Source: Terriglobia bacterium (lineage in GTDB: Bacteria > Acidobacteriota > Terriglobia > 20CM-2-55-15). Taken from it: a stretch of DNA of 64,000 nucleotides. How positions within the stretch are numbered: the first letter of the stretch is position 1; the number at the start of each line of letters is the position of its first letter. The stretch covers positions 544,001 to 608,000 of the forward strand of contig CBDAOY010000005.1 in NCBI GenBank assembly GCA_965198225.1. Direction: 5' to 3'. A program made the position numbers and the translations under genes. Below, piece after piece: positions 32,001-43,714 of the stretch. The notes under the pieces are model-generated. The model did no database searches and had not been told where the DNA came from. It worked only from the letters and a program-made list of their open reading frames with translations.

Positions 32001-32896
32001 GCGAAGCCAGTGGCCTCGAATACCTCAAGCCGTTCCTCCCTGGACTGGAACCCGTGCTGGCGGACCCGGACATAAGCGAGATCATGATCAACGGCCCGAA
32101 CAACGTCTGGGTCGAACGGGCAGGGAAACTCCAACCCCATGAAGCGCCCGCGCTCGATCGGCGGGCGCTGGCCCGCGCCGCCATCCATATTGCGCGGCCC
32201 CTGGGTCTGGACCCGGCGCAGAAGCCCATCGTGGATGCCCGGCTCGATGACGGATCAAGAGTGGCCATCTGCGTCCCGCCGGCCAGCCCCCAGGTGGCCA
32301 TCACCGTGCGGCGCTTCGGCAAGCGGAGCTTTTCTCCCGACGACCTGGTGCGCCTCGGTTCCCTGCCCCCGGAGGTGCTCACCGCGGCGCGCAAGGCGCT
32401 GCTGGGACAACAGAACATCCTCGTGTCGGGAGGAACCGGATCGGGCAAGACCACCCTGCTCAATGCGCTGATCGAACTGCTGCCCGACGACGACCGCATT
32501 GTTTCGATCGAGGACACGCTCGAGCTGCGGATCGACCAATCCAATTGCGTCCGCTTCGAGGCGCGCGGGATCGACAGCGGAGCGGTGACGATCCGGGATC
32601 TCGTCAAACACGCACTCCGCCATCGACCGGATCACATCGCCAACAACGCCGAATCCGCCCTTTCGCGGCTGGCCAGTTGCGCCATGCAGGGTGGCGGCGA
32701 TCTTCCCTGGGAAGTCACCTGCCGGGGCGTCACGGACGGAATCTCCATGGTCATTCACATGACGCGGCGCGACGGAAAGCGGTACGTCGAGGAAGCGCTG
32801 CATGTCGGCGACTACGACGTCGACATGCGGCGCTGGCACTACCGGCCCGTCGCCTTCCCGTCTTCACCCGCCACACCGGAAAAGGTAAAGCCATGA
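31997..32896 (+). pseudogene. VirB11/CpaF-family ATPase with in-frame deletion of Walker B and His box
   Basis: EIMING, GGTGSGKTT, IEDTLEL, then LRHRPDHI joined directly to ANNA. Confidence 0.82.
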
Positions 32897-33408
32897 CGGA
32901 TACAGCAAGACGGAAGAAGCAGGCTGCACGGATCGGCGCGTTGATCGGCGTCGCCGGAATTATCGCCCTGACAATGGCCGGACAGTGGGCCGGGCCCGTC
33001 ACCGCGCGCGTGGAGCGCGTCGTTGACGGCGCTACCCTCGTCGGCCGCTATCAGGGCGGGAGCCATACCGTCCGCCTCATCGGAGTGGACACGCAGGAGA
33101 CTGTGCATCCCACCCGGCCTGTGCAGTATTTCGGGGCCGAGGCCTCCGCTTTCACGAAAGCGCAGCCGGGCGGTAAGACGGTCGAACTCGTGGTCGACCG
33201 GACCGGCGATACCGTCGACGCCTACGGCCGGCTCCCGCAGTTCGTCTATCTCGACGCCGGCGAGCTTTCGAATGCCACCCTCATCCGCGAAGGCTACGGC
33301 CATGCGATTCGCGGATTCGACTACTCGGTGCGGCCGGAGTTCATTGCGCTCGAAAATCCGGCGCGCATTCAGGGGCGGGGCTTATGGGCGCCGCGCCAGG
33401 CCGGGTGA
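32893..33408 (+). CDS. Thermonuclease (SNase) family, possibly degenerate
   Basis: VERVVDGAT, VRLIGVDTQE, DAYGRL, LIREGYG, GRGLW. Confidence 0.85.
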   Translation: MTDTARRKKQAARIGALIGVAGIIALTMAGQWAGPVTARVERVVDGATLVGRYQGGSHTVRLIGVDTQETVHPTRPVQYFGAEASAFTKAQPGGKTVELVVDRTGDTVDAYGRLPQFVYLDAGELSNATLIREGYGHAIRGFDYSVRPEFIALENPARIQGRGLWAPRQAG

Positions 33409-33759
33409 TGCCGAACACGAAACGTTGGGGGCCTTCCCTTCCCTCTGGCCGCACTCCGCGCCGCCGCGCGCAATCCGGGCACACGATCTTGAGGGTCGGC
33501 CGCCAGCAGTGGGCAGCGCCTTTGCATCGTGAACTCCCAACGCCGGGGCGAGCCAACGGGACGCGCCTCGGCGGGCGCGCCAATCGAGTCCTTGCCCCAG
33601 TCGGAGTTTCGGTTCGGTTCCGACGATGTGCCGCCGCCCGCTGGCGGGGACCGTGGCCCGGCGCACCTCTCGCGCCAGAAGGGGAACCCGCGCCGCTGAG
33701 CGGCCGCCGCTCCAAACCCTTTAACCGGGAGGATTCAATCAATGGCGCTCGATCAAGCA

Positions 33760-34690
33760 GCGCGGCGTGTAAGCGCACGGAAGTCTCCAATGACCGCGAC
33801 CCGATCCGGGATCGATTGGAAGTGCTGGACCAAGAGCAGTTGTTCCTTGAGCGTTTTGAAGAAGCGTTCGATACGTTTTCTGGGCATCGAATCGTCGCCG
33901 GCCTTCGTCCCCGATCCGGAAGGGAACAGCGCTGGATCTCGTTCTGGAAGTCGTCGCTCATGAACTGCCAGCCGTGATCATGTCGGAACTGCAATCCGGC
34001 CGCGGCGAAGACGGTGACCTGGCCTTGGTCGATTGTTACAGTCGCCGTGGCGTCGATGCCCCACATCTGGTTCGGACGATCGGTCGTGAGGGTGCCGGTA
34101 TGCGACCGTGTCGCGGCCGACACGGCCTGACGTTCCGGTGCCAGCAACTGGGCTTCCGGCATCAGGCGCAGCACCCGGGTCTTGGAAGTCCGGACACCCG
34201 CCGCCCGGAGGCGTGCGCAGAACTTCCGGTGCCCTTTCGCGATAAATGGCCAGGCGGCGATCTCCTGTCGGATCCGCTCGGTTAATTCTTCATCAGTGAA
34301 TCGAGTCGTGGGCCCGCTCTCCTACAACTCCACCGGAAATCTTCGGCGATGACGTGCGCATCATCCGTCGACCGTGGGACTGCCCAAGCCGCTGCGACAC
34401 GCGCCAGACCATACGGTTTTCCTCTGGAGGGCAACTTCGCCCGACTCATTTCTTCGACCTCCACTGTAGAAAAGATTTCTCGTCCTCCCGCTGCCGGATC
34501 CGTTCCCGCAACAGCTCCAGTACCACGGTCACCTTGAGCCGCGCCGACCATCGCGACCCTTGCCGCCGCGCGTTTAATCTGGGGGTGCGAAGCGAGTCCG
34601 TAGGGCGAGTGAAGCGGCGCGAGATGCTCTCGTCGTTCCTCTGGAAATATTGGGATCCTCCTGGCCTGTAGTTTCTCAAATCACTGTCGC
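33760..34690 (-). pseudogene. Degenerate IS3-family element
   Basis: RWSARLKVTVVLELLR, PNQMWGIDAT, FRHDHGWQFMSDDFQ pieces with many indels. Confidence 0.75.
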
Positions 34691-35091
34691 CGCGAAATCG
34701 TGGGGCGGAGGAATAGAGACAGATAGCGACACTGTCGTTGTGTGTCTTTATTCCCCGACTGTGATTCCTTACTCGCTGATCTGCCAGCCCGCGCCGCTGA
34801 GCGCGTACGGTGATATTCTTTGCGTTTCCGGTGTGTCGTTTGCTGGTCGCCGCTTCTCTTCACGGTTTTTCTAATCTCACCATTTTCCCGTGGCCTCGAT
34901 TGCTTCGCTTGGGTTGGCGCAGGAGCCGTGCCAGAGCGGACAGGCGTCCGTCCGGGCGTCTGTCACGGCTCCTGGTCTAAGGCGGTTATTCCGCGCTGAC
35001 CCGCACGCCGGTAACGGACCCCTGGGGGGGGGCCGCTTGTTCGGGATGAGCCGCCGCCGCTCCAAACTCTTTAAGCAGGAGGATTCGATCG

Positions 35092-35355
35092 ATGGCTAGC
35101 AACTTTAAACACGCAGCGGAACTCAGAATCGGATCCGTCAAGGCGACGATGTTGGGGAACAAGGTCGAAAATCTCACGACGCACAACGTCGTCTTCTCGC
35201 GACTCTACCGCGTTGGCGAGCAATGGAAGACCACACACACTTTCGTCGGGAACAGCCCGGTGATCCTCGCGAAGCTCGCCGACCAAGGGCACAGCTTCAT
35301 TGCTGAGAGGCACTTCGATCCTGACCCGGCTGGTGCGGCCGAGGACGGGGACTAG
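35092..35355 (+). CDS. Small mobile-element-associated hypothetical protein
   Basis: Strong AGGAGG RBS; LRIGSVKA..HNVVFSRLY..WKTTHTF. Confidence 0.65.
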   Translation: MASNFKHAAELRIGSVKATMLGNKVENLTTHNVVFSRLYRVGEQWKTTHTFVGNSPVILAKLADQGHSFIAERHFDPDPAGAAEDGD

Positions 35356-35471
35356 CCGGACCTTTGGCGTCGGGCGATGCCCGGCGCCGCGACACCCGAT
35401 CGCTGCGGAAGGCAAGGGCGGGCACTAAGCGAGATCGTAACCGTACCGCAGGCGAATCCGCAACCGGGTTA

Positions 35472-35620
35472 CTACTCGCAAACCATCCCGTCCTCGTCGC
35501 CATCGGTCATGTAGGGATATGCGGGGTGTCCTCGCCTCACGGGTGCGATCCCGTGCATCCGCGCTTCAGCGCACGAAATCCGGCCGTTACCGTTCTCGTC
35601 CCAGCGTTCGAGGGCGGGGC
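35472..35620 (-). pseudogene. Excalibur calcium-binding domain fragment
   Basis: DENGNGRISCAEAR..HPAY..DGDEDGMVCE. Confidence 0.75.
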
Positions 35621-35961
35621 GCGCCGCGCGAAGGAGGCGGACCCTGCCGGGGCGCGGCCGTCCTCGCACCTCCGCGCTGAAAGATCATGGCCGTCGGAAG
35701 CGCATCCCGCCAGGGCCCGGTCCAGGGTGCGGCCACGGGCTGCCGAAGACGAGAGGGTCGAAAGCCCTGGCGCGCCGGCCGGCAAACCAGCACCTATTCA
35801 GGGGCGGCATCCATTCTGCGGCATCCCGGCCGTTCTTTCCGCCACGATTCAAGCTCGGGGGAGGCGAGGGTGATATTCAGCAGGTACGTATTCCCTAGCT
35901 TCTCGCCGAAACATGTCGAATAAGTTTTTCTCGTACCTGGAGGGGTTTTGAAGTGACCATC

Positions 35962-37262
35962 GGGAGTGCGCCCCCAAAACTGGACAGATTTCGTCAAAGA
36001 TTGAGAATAGGCCGATCGGCGCGTTTCAAGTTCACGAGCTGCTCGAACTCGATCGGCGGACGATAGCCGATTGAGGAGTGCAGCCGCTTGCGATTGTAGA
36101 CCTCCTCGATGAAGTATGGGACACGTTCGATCACGTCCTCGTAGGTCTCGTAGTTCCAGAGATGGATCTCCTCGTACTTCAACGTCTTGAAGAACGACTC
36201 CACGAAAGCGTTGTCCCCGGGATTGCCCTTCGCCGACATGCTGATCTGGAAGCCGTGTGTTCGCAAGATGTCGATGTAGTCGTCGGAGGCATACTGCACG
36301 CCCCGATCTGAATGATGGATGCAGCCCCGGGTGTCGAGACGCGCTGCGATGGCCATCTGTAACGCCTCGATGCAGAGCTGGCGGTCGATCCGTTTCGAGA
36401 TCGCCCAACCGATGACCTTGCGAGAGTGGAGATCCAGGATGGCGGCCAGGAACACGAATCCGGTGCGTATCCGGATGTAAGTGATATCGGCTGCCCACGC
36501 TTGATTCAGACCGGTGACCGTGTGCCTCTTCAGCAGATTGGGGTAGATGCGGAACCGGTGATTGGAATCGGTCGTGTGGACGAAACTCCGCCAGGTGATC
36601 GGCTTCAACCCGTACCGCTTCATCACGCGCCGAGCCGTTTCGTGTTGACGATCTCGCCCTGGCGTTCCAGTTCCCGATACACCCGGCGGTATCCGTAGCC
36701 GGGAAATTCGGCCTGGATCCGCTCGATGCGATCGCGCAGATCGGCGTCCTGTTGCGCTTTCAGTTTGGGATCGACCTTCGGCCTGTAGTAATACGTGCTA
36801 CGTGCCAGGCCCGTCATTTCGCACCCTTTCGATATCGATCCCAGTTTTTCCCAGTGATTACGGCAGTATCGACGTTTCGATTCCGCTTCATCCAGCTCTG
36901 CAGTTTTTTTTGATGATCGATCTGCATCACCAGATCCCCAACCTTCGCCTTCAGGCGTTCATTCTCGGCCTCCAACGCCCGTTCCCGGCTCGAAGGCCTA
37001 TCCACCAGTTGATTCGCCTCGTACTGCGTCCGCCAACGCTGAATCACGCTGGGCGAGATCTGGTACTGCCGCGCTCAGCGTCATCTGGCCTGTTTCAATC
37101 TGCTCGACCAGGCGTCGCTTGAATTCCACTTCAAACTTCCGTCGGATCTTTCCCATCGGTGTCGGACTCCCTGGCCCACTGCTGAAAAATCGGCGCGCGT
37201 CACGCGCTGTGGAAACCGTGGAAAAGCTCGGCACAATACGCTCCGCTTTCCCACCGTTCCCA
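35962..37262 (-). mobile_element. IS3-family element, copy 2 (frameshifted, one end lost)
   Basis: Near-identical to 353-1662; 1-bp deletion near 36633 in orfB, 8-bp deletion near 37070 in orfA. Confidence 0.93.
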
Positions 37263-37522
37263 TCGACGACTGGCTCCTGGCGCCTCTGCGCGATAGTGAA
37301 CGCCGCGACCTGATCGAGGTCATCGAGGAACGCAGCGAACGCTCTTCGACCCTGATCGCCAGCCAACTCCCCGTCTCGGACTGGCACGGCGTCATCGGTG
37401 ATCCGAACCAGGCCGATGCCATCTGCGACCGTCTCTTACACAACGCGCACCGGATCGAACTGAAGGGGGCGTCGATGCGGCAGACTAAATCCGCACCGAA
37501 GAAGTCGAAGGTATCCCGATGA
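37262..37522 (+). pseudogene. istB: IS21 helper ATPase IstB C-terminal fragment
   Basis: IDDW..STLIASQLPVSDWH..ADAICDRLLHNAHRIELKGASMR. Confidence 0.88.
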
Positions 37523-37654
37523 CTGTCACGGCATCCTGGCTCAGGGGCTACTCCAGCTCGGACCGGAACCGAATCGTCGCTCCTCGGTCGCCCTCGCGCG
37601 AAGTAATTGCAGGAACCGGCACGTACGCACCCGCTCCGGGCTGCAGGATGCTCC

Positions 37655-38059
37655 CGCAACAGAATCGGCTACACAGACTCCCATTCCCCATCCCTTGGTG
37701 TTTAGTTGGCTCCCTGAAGTGAGGTTTGAAAAGCTGCCGTGGCCGTCGTTGGCATAGAGGGCCGCCATGAGATCGCCTCCCTGTCCGATCCTCTCGAGTG
37801 TCGAACCATTCACGATCAGGACATCCATGTCGCCGTCGTTATCGTAGTCAAAAAAGGCTGCCCCGTTTCCGCTCACTTCGACGATGTAGTCCTTACGGGC
37901 GGTTCCGGAGACATTCAAGAGGGTCAAGCCCGCCTCTTGCGCTACATCGACGAATCGCGGCAAGGGATCGGTCTGAGCCGCGCCAAGCGAAGCCGCGAAG
38001 CCACAACATAGCGCCCAAGCCACATACGGCTTCATTCTCCTGCGCATTGCTCGTTTCAT
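37655..38059 (-). pseudogene. CRTAC1/FG-GAP repeat protein, N-terminal fragment
   Basis: FVDVAQEAGL, GAAFFDYDNDGDMDVLIVNG, GWGMGVCVAD, then truncated. Confidence 0.85.
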
Positions 38060-38374
38060 TGCTAGCCTTTCAGCTTGGCGTCTCAGGTAGCCAATGGGAC
38101 TCACCGCTTCTCTTTGAAACAGCGCATGGGAGGAGCGGGTCTAGCGAAGATCACTCTGTCGCACCTCCTCACTCTAATTGCTTCGTGTCAATTCAGGTCA
38201 AGAAAAATGAAGATCTTTCCTAGTCTTCCTGGAAACCGTGGAAGTAGGCAAAGTGGTGATGTTGAAAGAACCAGTCGAGAGGGCGGGAGGGCCGAAGATT
38301 CGCCTCCGTAATGGGGGGGATCTCAGGCGAATGGCGCGAATGGCGCGCGGCTGCGCGCCATCCGCGGAAGGGGG

Positions 38375-41300
38375 TTAGTAGTAGTACTTTATGCCGAACT
38401 GGATCTGCCGCGCTTGGTGGGTCTGTGTGCTTCGACCGAATGCACTCGAGTTGACCCTGCTGTTGGGAACGAAGAAGTGCGCCTGGTTGAACGCATTGAA
38501 GAACTCCGCGCGGAACTCCACGCGGTGATTGTCTCCAATCAGCGTGTTCTTCGTCAGCGTCAGATCCCAGTTGACGAATCCCGGGGCTTTCAGCACGTTC
38601 CATCCGGAATTCCCGTTGGTGCCGTCCGCGGGCCTCGTGAAACACGATGTGTCGAACCATCGGTCCGCACTGCGCTGGCCTCGGGGAAGGACGCCGTCGC
38701 AAATCCGGTTTGGACGTGTCGTAGATTGGCCGACGTTGGCAATGTCTCCACCCCAGCCGGGTGTAAAGGATTGCCCGGTCGAGAACGTGGCGATGCCCGC
38801 CACCTGCCATCCACCGAGCAGCCCATTAGCGACTCCTGAAAGGTTGGACAGGAAAGGCCTGCCCGCACCCCACGGCAGCTCGTAGGAGAAGCTGTTGACC
38901 TGCCGGTGGCGGATATCGAAGCTCTGTTGAGCCTTTTCGAGGTGCGCGTTGTCGGGGTCTCGAGTGTCGCGGTCGCGATTGCAGCACCCGATCGCATGGG
39001 ACCACGTCCAGGCGGAAACGAACGCCAGGCCCGACGAGAACCGGCGCTCCAGTTTGGTCTGCAACGAGTGGTAGGTCGAAAGACCTACCCGTTCCGTCTG
39101 GGTGATGTTGCCAAACTCCGGAATGGGTCGGCGCGAGCTGATCGAACCGGAGCCCAGACGCGCCTGGTTGACATTGCGGCCGCGGCCGTCCAGCTTGGTC
39201 CCCTTCGTGCCGACGTAGGCGACCTCGAGCACCATGTTGCCGCCCAGCGGCCGCTGGATGCTCAGTTGCCACTGCTGCAGGTAGCCGTCGGCCTGGTCGA
39301 CATCGGCCGCGCGGGCCACAATCGAGCCGCTCGCCAGAGCTGCCGGGAACGCCGTGTTGATGGGGTCCCTCAAGCTGAGAACCGGCGCTCCTGGAGGCGC
39401 ATTGAAGGTCTGGGGAAGGTTCCAGGGATATGCGCGATCACGATTCGAATGGTTCTCGGCGGCGATTTCCGGCTCGGTGAAGATGCCATAACCGCCGCGT
39501 AAGACGAGGTTCAGCGCTTCCGGAGACCAGGCGAAACCGATCCGGGGCGCGAAGTTGTTCAGGTCGTTCTCATAGAGCCCCTCGGGAATCCCGAACTGGG
39601 CTCCGCCTTCGATGGTAATGGCGTTCGGTTCGCCCGTGATCGGGTCGCGGAACTGCCTCGGGCCCTCTTCCCCACCGATCACGATCTGCCGGGTCGGGAT
39701 GTGGAACACCGCCAGACCGGCGCCCTCGTCCTTCAGCACGTTGATCGAGCGGGTCTGCATCTCCCAACGCATTCCCAGGTTGAGCGTCAGGTTGGGAGCC
39801 ACCTTCCAGTCGTCCTGGATGAACCCCGCGTAGGAGCGGCTGCGATTCTGGTCGTACGGATCCCCGACCACCCGCTGAGTTCGATTTGGAAAACCCATCA
39901 ACACGTCGCCGAACGAGTGGCCCGTGTACCGGCCGTCAAACCGGAAATTGCCGTTCGGGCTACTGTCGATGAAGATGTTCAGCATGTACGTGCGCGCCTC
40001 GCCACCGATCTTCAGCTGGTGATTGCCGCGCGTGATTGAAAGCATGTCGGCCATGTGCCAGGTGTTGTCGAAACGCAGTTGCGCGCTGAAACTGACCCCG
40101 CCGACCGGGGCGTACCCCGTCACGCTCATTCTCGGCCAGCCGAATCTCCTGTCGTCGGGACGGAACGAGCTCTGCACGCCGGTGACTCCCAGGGCCTTCG
40201 CGTGGTCGGTCCCGTAGAGTTCGGAGTAGATACCGCCGATCAGGCGGTTGAACCCGATTCGGGCTTCATTCACCACGGTCGGTCCGAACACGTAGGTGTC
40301 GCTCAGCGCAAAGTTGCGGCCGATCGGCTGAAAGAACGTGTTGCCGCCCCCGGGCAGAGCCCCCCGATCGAAGTTCGTCTGGATCTCGAAGGTTTCCTGC
40401 CATGTGCCGCGGTGAAAAATGCTGTGGTTGTCCGAAAAGCGGTAGTCCCACTTGTATGTATACAGGTCAAAATCCGTCCGCCTTACCGAGCTGGCCTCGT
40501 AGTTCTGGCTACCCGCACGGTTCGGCATGGGATAGAACCCCGCCACGGCGTTCGAAATCGAGTCGATCCGATCCGCCGGAATGATGTTCCCGGGGAACGG
40601 CAGACCGGTGAGCGGATCCGTCAACGCATCGAATCCACGCCTGAAGCTAGATTGGGAAAAGTCCCCGGCCCGTTCCGCTGCCGTGGGAACCACGCGCAAC
40701 GCGGTTTCCGTGCTCCGGATCCGGTTCCCCTCGTAGTTGAACATGAAGAACATCTTGTCCTTGATGATCGGGCCGCTCACGACCGTGCCGAACTGGTTGC
40801 GCTTGAAAGGCTTCTTACCCGAGGCAAAAAAGTTCCGCGCGTCGAAACGGTCGTTACGGACGAACTCGAACAACACCACATGGAAGTCGTTGGTTCCCGA
40901 TTTGGTCTGAACGTTCAACACTCCACCGCTGGCCCGGCCCAGCTCGGCGCCGTAGGTGCTGGTGGAGAGCTTGAACTCCTGGATGGCGTCTATAGATGGG
41001 ATGATCACCAGCTGGGCATTGCCCGTGTCGTTGTTGTCGACACCGTCCAGCAAGAAATCGTTCTTGGAGCGGCTCACGCCGTTGGCGTAGAAGGACGGAG
41101 ACTGGCGAGAGCCGCCCTGCACGTCCGGCAGCACGCCCGTTGTCAGATGGGTGAGGCTCATGAAATGGCGCTGGTTGAGCGGAATATCGCTGATCGCCTT
41201 GCCGCCGATCACCTGGCCCAACACCGCCGTGTCGCTCTCGAGCAGCGGAGCCTCGGCTGTCACCTCCACAACTTCGGTCACCTGCCCGACTTGCAGGACG

Positions 41301-41626
41301 AAGTCCACACGGATCACCGCTTCCACAGCCAACGTGAGGCCCGATCGGACCTCCCGCCTGAAGCCCGGTAATGACGCTTCCACCTCATAACCGGCCGCCG
41401 GCGGCAGCGCCGCCACGATGTAGGTGCCGGTCTCGTTGGTAAGGACAGTACGCGTCAAGCCTGTGGCCGGATTCCGAATCACGACCTCCACGCCCGGAAT
41501 CATGGCTCCGGTGACATCGCCCACCGTTCCGGTAATTCGTCCCGTTGTAGTTTGACCAAAGACTGGTAGTCCACCAATCCCAGCGAGCAGCGCAAACGCC
41601 GCAACTGCGCGCACACATCGATACAT
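38375..41626 (-). CDS. TonB-dependent receptor (Oar-like, carboxypeptidase-regulatory N-domain)
   Basis: Signal peptide, ITGTV.D.TGA.IPG, DAIQEFK, TKSGTN, EFRAEFFNAFN, RQIQFGIKYYY. Confidence 0.93.
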   Translation of the reverse strand: MYRCVRAVAAFALLAGIGGLPVFGQTTTGRITGTVGDVTGAMIPGVEVVIRNPATGLTRTVLTNETGTYIVAALPPAAGYEVEASLPGFRREVRSGLTLAVEAVIRVDFVLQVGQVTEVVEVTAEAPLLESDTAVLGQVIGGKAISDIPLNQRHFMSLTHLTTGVLPDVQGGSRQSPSFYANGVSRSKNDFLLDGVDNNDTGNAQLVIIPSIDAIQEFKLSTSTYGAELGRASGGVLNVQTKSGTNDFHVVLFEFVRNDRFDARNFFASGKKPFKRNQFGTVVSGPIIKDKMFFMFNYEGNRIRSTETALRVVPTAAERAGDFSQSSFRRGFDALTDPLTGLPFPGNIIPADRIDSISNAVAGFYPMPNRAGSQNYEASSVRRTDFDLYTYKWDYRFSDNHSIFHRGTWQETFEIQTNFDRGALPGGGNTFFQPIGRNFALSDTYVFGPTVVNEARIGFNRLIGGIYSELYGTDHAKALGVTGVQSSFRPDDRRFGWPRMSVTGYAPVGGVSFSAQLRFDNTWHMADMLSITRGNHQLKIGGEARTYMLNIFIDSSPNGNFRFDGRYTGHSFGDVLMGFPNRTQRVVGDPYDQNRSRSYAGFIQDDWKVAPNLTLNLGMRWEMQTRSINVLKDEGAGLAVFHIPTRQIVIGGEEGPRQFRDPITGEPNAITIEGGAQFGIPEGLYENDLNNFAPRIGFAWSPEALNLVLRGGYGIFTEPEIAAENHSNRDRAYPWNLPQTFNAPPGAPVLSLRDPINTAFPAALASGSIVARAADVDQADGYLQQWQLSIQRPLGGNMVLEVAYVGTKGTKLDGRGRNVNQARLGSGSISSRRPIPEFGNITQTERVGLSTYHSLQTKLERRFSSGLAFVSAWTWSHAIGCCNRDRDTRDPDNAHLEKAQQSFDIRHRQVNSFSYELPWGAGRPFLSNLSGVANGLLGGWQVAGIATFSTGQSFTPGWGGDIANVGQSTTRPNRICDGVLPRGQRSADRWFDTSCFTRPADGTNGNSGWNVLKAPGFVNWDLTLTKNTLIGDNHRVEFRAEFFNAFNQAHFFVPNSRVNSSAFGRSTQTHQARQIQFGIKYYY

Positions 41627-42054
41627 CACATGCACCTCCCCCGAGAGATCTGTGCCATCGATCTCTGCTACTTTGCCATTCTTTAGCTGGCGATTCTCTA
41701 GCCGGCTATTCTGCAACAACTTATTGGTAATAAACTTGTTGACACGTATAAGGACCCGGTCCGCTCATGTCAAGCGAAATCGAGGTATTCCCGCAAAGCG
41801 TGGACAATACAAGGCGGTGTGCTTTCTCCGGTGAAGTGGAAACCGAAGAAATCCCCGTGAGACTGGTAGATCTTGCCCATTTCATCCCCGGTCGATGCTG
41901 GCATCTCGATAAGTTTTCGGATTGGGCCCGACGAACTTCATGCGAGCGAAACGTTATCCGGAGTGTTCCGGCGATTTGTTCAGGGCTCGACCACGAAGGA
42001 CGGGGTCGGACATACTGGCCGCGGTGTATGGCGACGCGTCCAGTGTAGGCTTGC

Positions 42055-43038
42055 TCACTGCTTCAACTGCTTCAGCAATCTGGACCGCAGGGCTCGAACC
42101 GCATCGCTATCTTCGCCTTCGGGATTCTCTTCAAGATAGGCGTCGAGCTGCTCGAGCGCTCGGTCGTGCTTCTGCTGTTGGACGTAGACATTGGCCAGCA
42201 TGAGCCGCGTCGTGGCTGCCCGGTCGAGTTCGAGCGCCCGGATGAGGGCGCTTTCAGCTTCGTCGAGCCGCGCCAGCTTGTACAACGCATACCCCAGGTA
42301 GTAGCGTGCGGCCGGCGAGCGCCGTTCGAGTCGTGCGGCCTCGCGTAGGACCACCAGAGCCGGCTCGAAATCACTCTGTTCCAACCAGAGGCTCCCGATG
42401 TTGATCAACGGTTGCGCCGCGTTCCGGTTCAGTTCATGGGCTCGCCTGAATTCGGCTTCGGCGTCCTCGAAACGGCCCGACTTCTGGTACTGAACCCCAA
42501 GGTTGTTCCGCGCCTCGTAGAAATCCGGCGCGATACGAAGAGCCTTCTCCAGCCTCTCGATGGCCCGTTTCGTATCTCCCTTCCCGCTGTCTCTGAGCGA
42601 CTTCTCGTGTTCCTCCACGGCTTCTGCAGGATGCCGCATGGCCAGTGTCTTGACATCCACGCGATCCGGGTCCGCAGACCCGCCCCCTGTCGCGACGACC
42701 TCGGGTATTTCGTGGAGGACGACGTCGACCCATGTCTGACCCGTGACCCACACATGCTGTTTCACTTCGCGGAAACCCTCGATGTTCACATGGATGAAGT
42801 AACGTTCCTCACGGACGTTCCTGAAACTGAAGTTGCCGAAATCCAGCGTGCGCGTCGTCTGGATCGGGGTCCCATTCAAGGTCTGCAGATCGATGAGAAA
42901 CGGCTGATCCGGCGCAATGCCCGACCCGAACGAAATCTTGCCTGCAACCTCCATCCCTGCTCCCTGGTACGGAACGGCGGCCGATGTGTGCGCCACCACC
43001 AAGAAGAGGGAAAGGAGAGACATCATGATCGGAGACAT
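42055..43038 (-). CDS. Secreted TPR protein with N-terminal beta-sandwich
   Basis: Signal peptide; several TPRs (ALRIAPDFYEARNNLG). Confidence 0.85.
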   Translation of the reverse strand: MSPIMMSLLSLFLVVAHTSAAVPYQGAGMEVAGKISFGSGIAPDQPFLIDLQTLNGTPIQTTRTLDFGNFSFRNVREERYFIHVNIEGFREVKQHVWVTGQTWVDVVLHEIPEVVATGGGSADPDRVDVKTLAMRHPAEAVEEHEKSLRDSGKGDTKRAIERLEKALRIAPDFYEARNNLGVQYQKSGRFEDAEAEFRRAHELNRNAAQPLINIGSLWLEQSDFEPALVVLREAARLERRSPAARYYLGYALYKLARLDEAESALIRALELDRAATTRLMLANVYVQQQKHDRALEQLDAYLEENPEGEDSDAVRALRSRLLKQLKQ

Positions 43039-43714
43039 TTCTTATTCCTCTTGTTCTTCGGCCATCGGCACCGCACCACCAGGTGCCGCCGGACCAGGAA
43101 TGGGTAGTTTCGTGGCCGACGTCGGCACTGGCGACGTTCCGCCTCTCAGGCCAAATACTGCGAGCTACGCTTCGTAGCAACGCAAGGCCCATCACGACCG
43201 TCTGAAAACACTGGGGCTATGCCAACTGTCTGAAAGTTATACTGCATCGCTCGGTCGGCTTATGACAAGTTTTTCCTCACCGCTCCAAGTCTCGAGAAGT
43301 CGTTTGCGTTGATTGGAGGTGCCGTGACGGGAGAGATTCTGCAGGAACTCGCAAATCGGCCTCTGCAGAGGCAATTTCGGTTGCCTTAGATTAGTACCGT
43401 TTTCACGGTCGACACGTAGAGCGATCAGGCGTTCCATGGTCTCAATCGTCAAACACCACTTTTGACAATAACTCCCTTCACTCTTCGACGATGTAGTCCC
43501 TGAAATCCCAACGTCGCTTGACTCCACTCTGTTCTCTTAGGGGCCGCCTTGGCTTGAAACCCAACTATGAAACTGTCCACCAAAACGGGTCAACTCCATT
43601 ATCCCAAATTGGGCCGCCTTTTCTCGCCCTTTTGCTGATCTATGCGGGCTAGGACCGTCACACTCGGCCCTGGGAACCCTGAAGCCTTTTCGTCGTCCAA
43701 CCACGATCGAAGTA

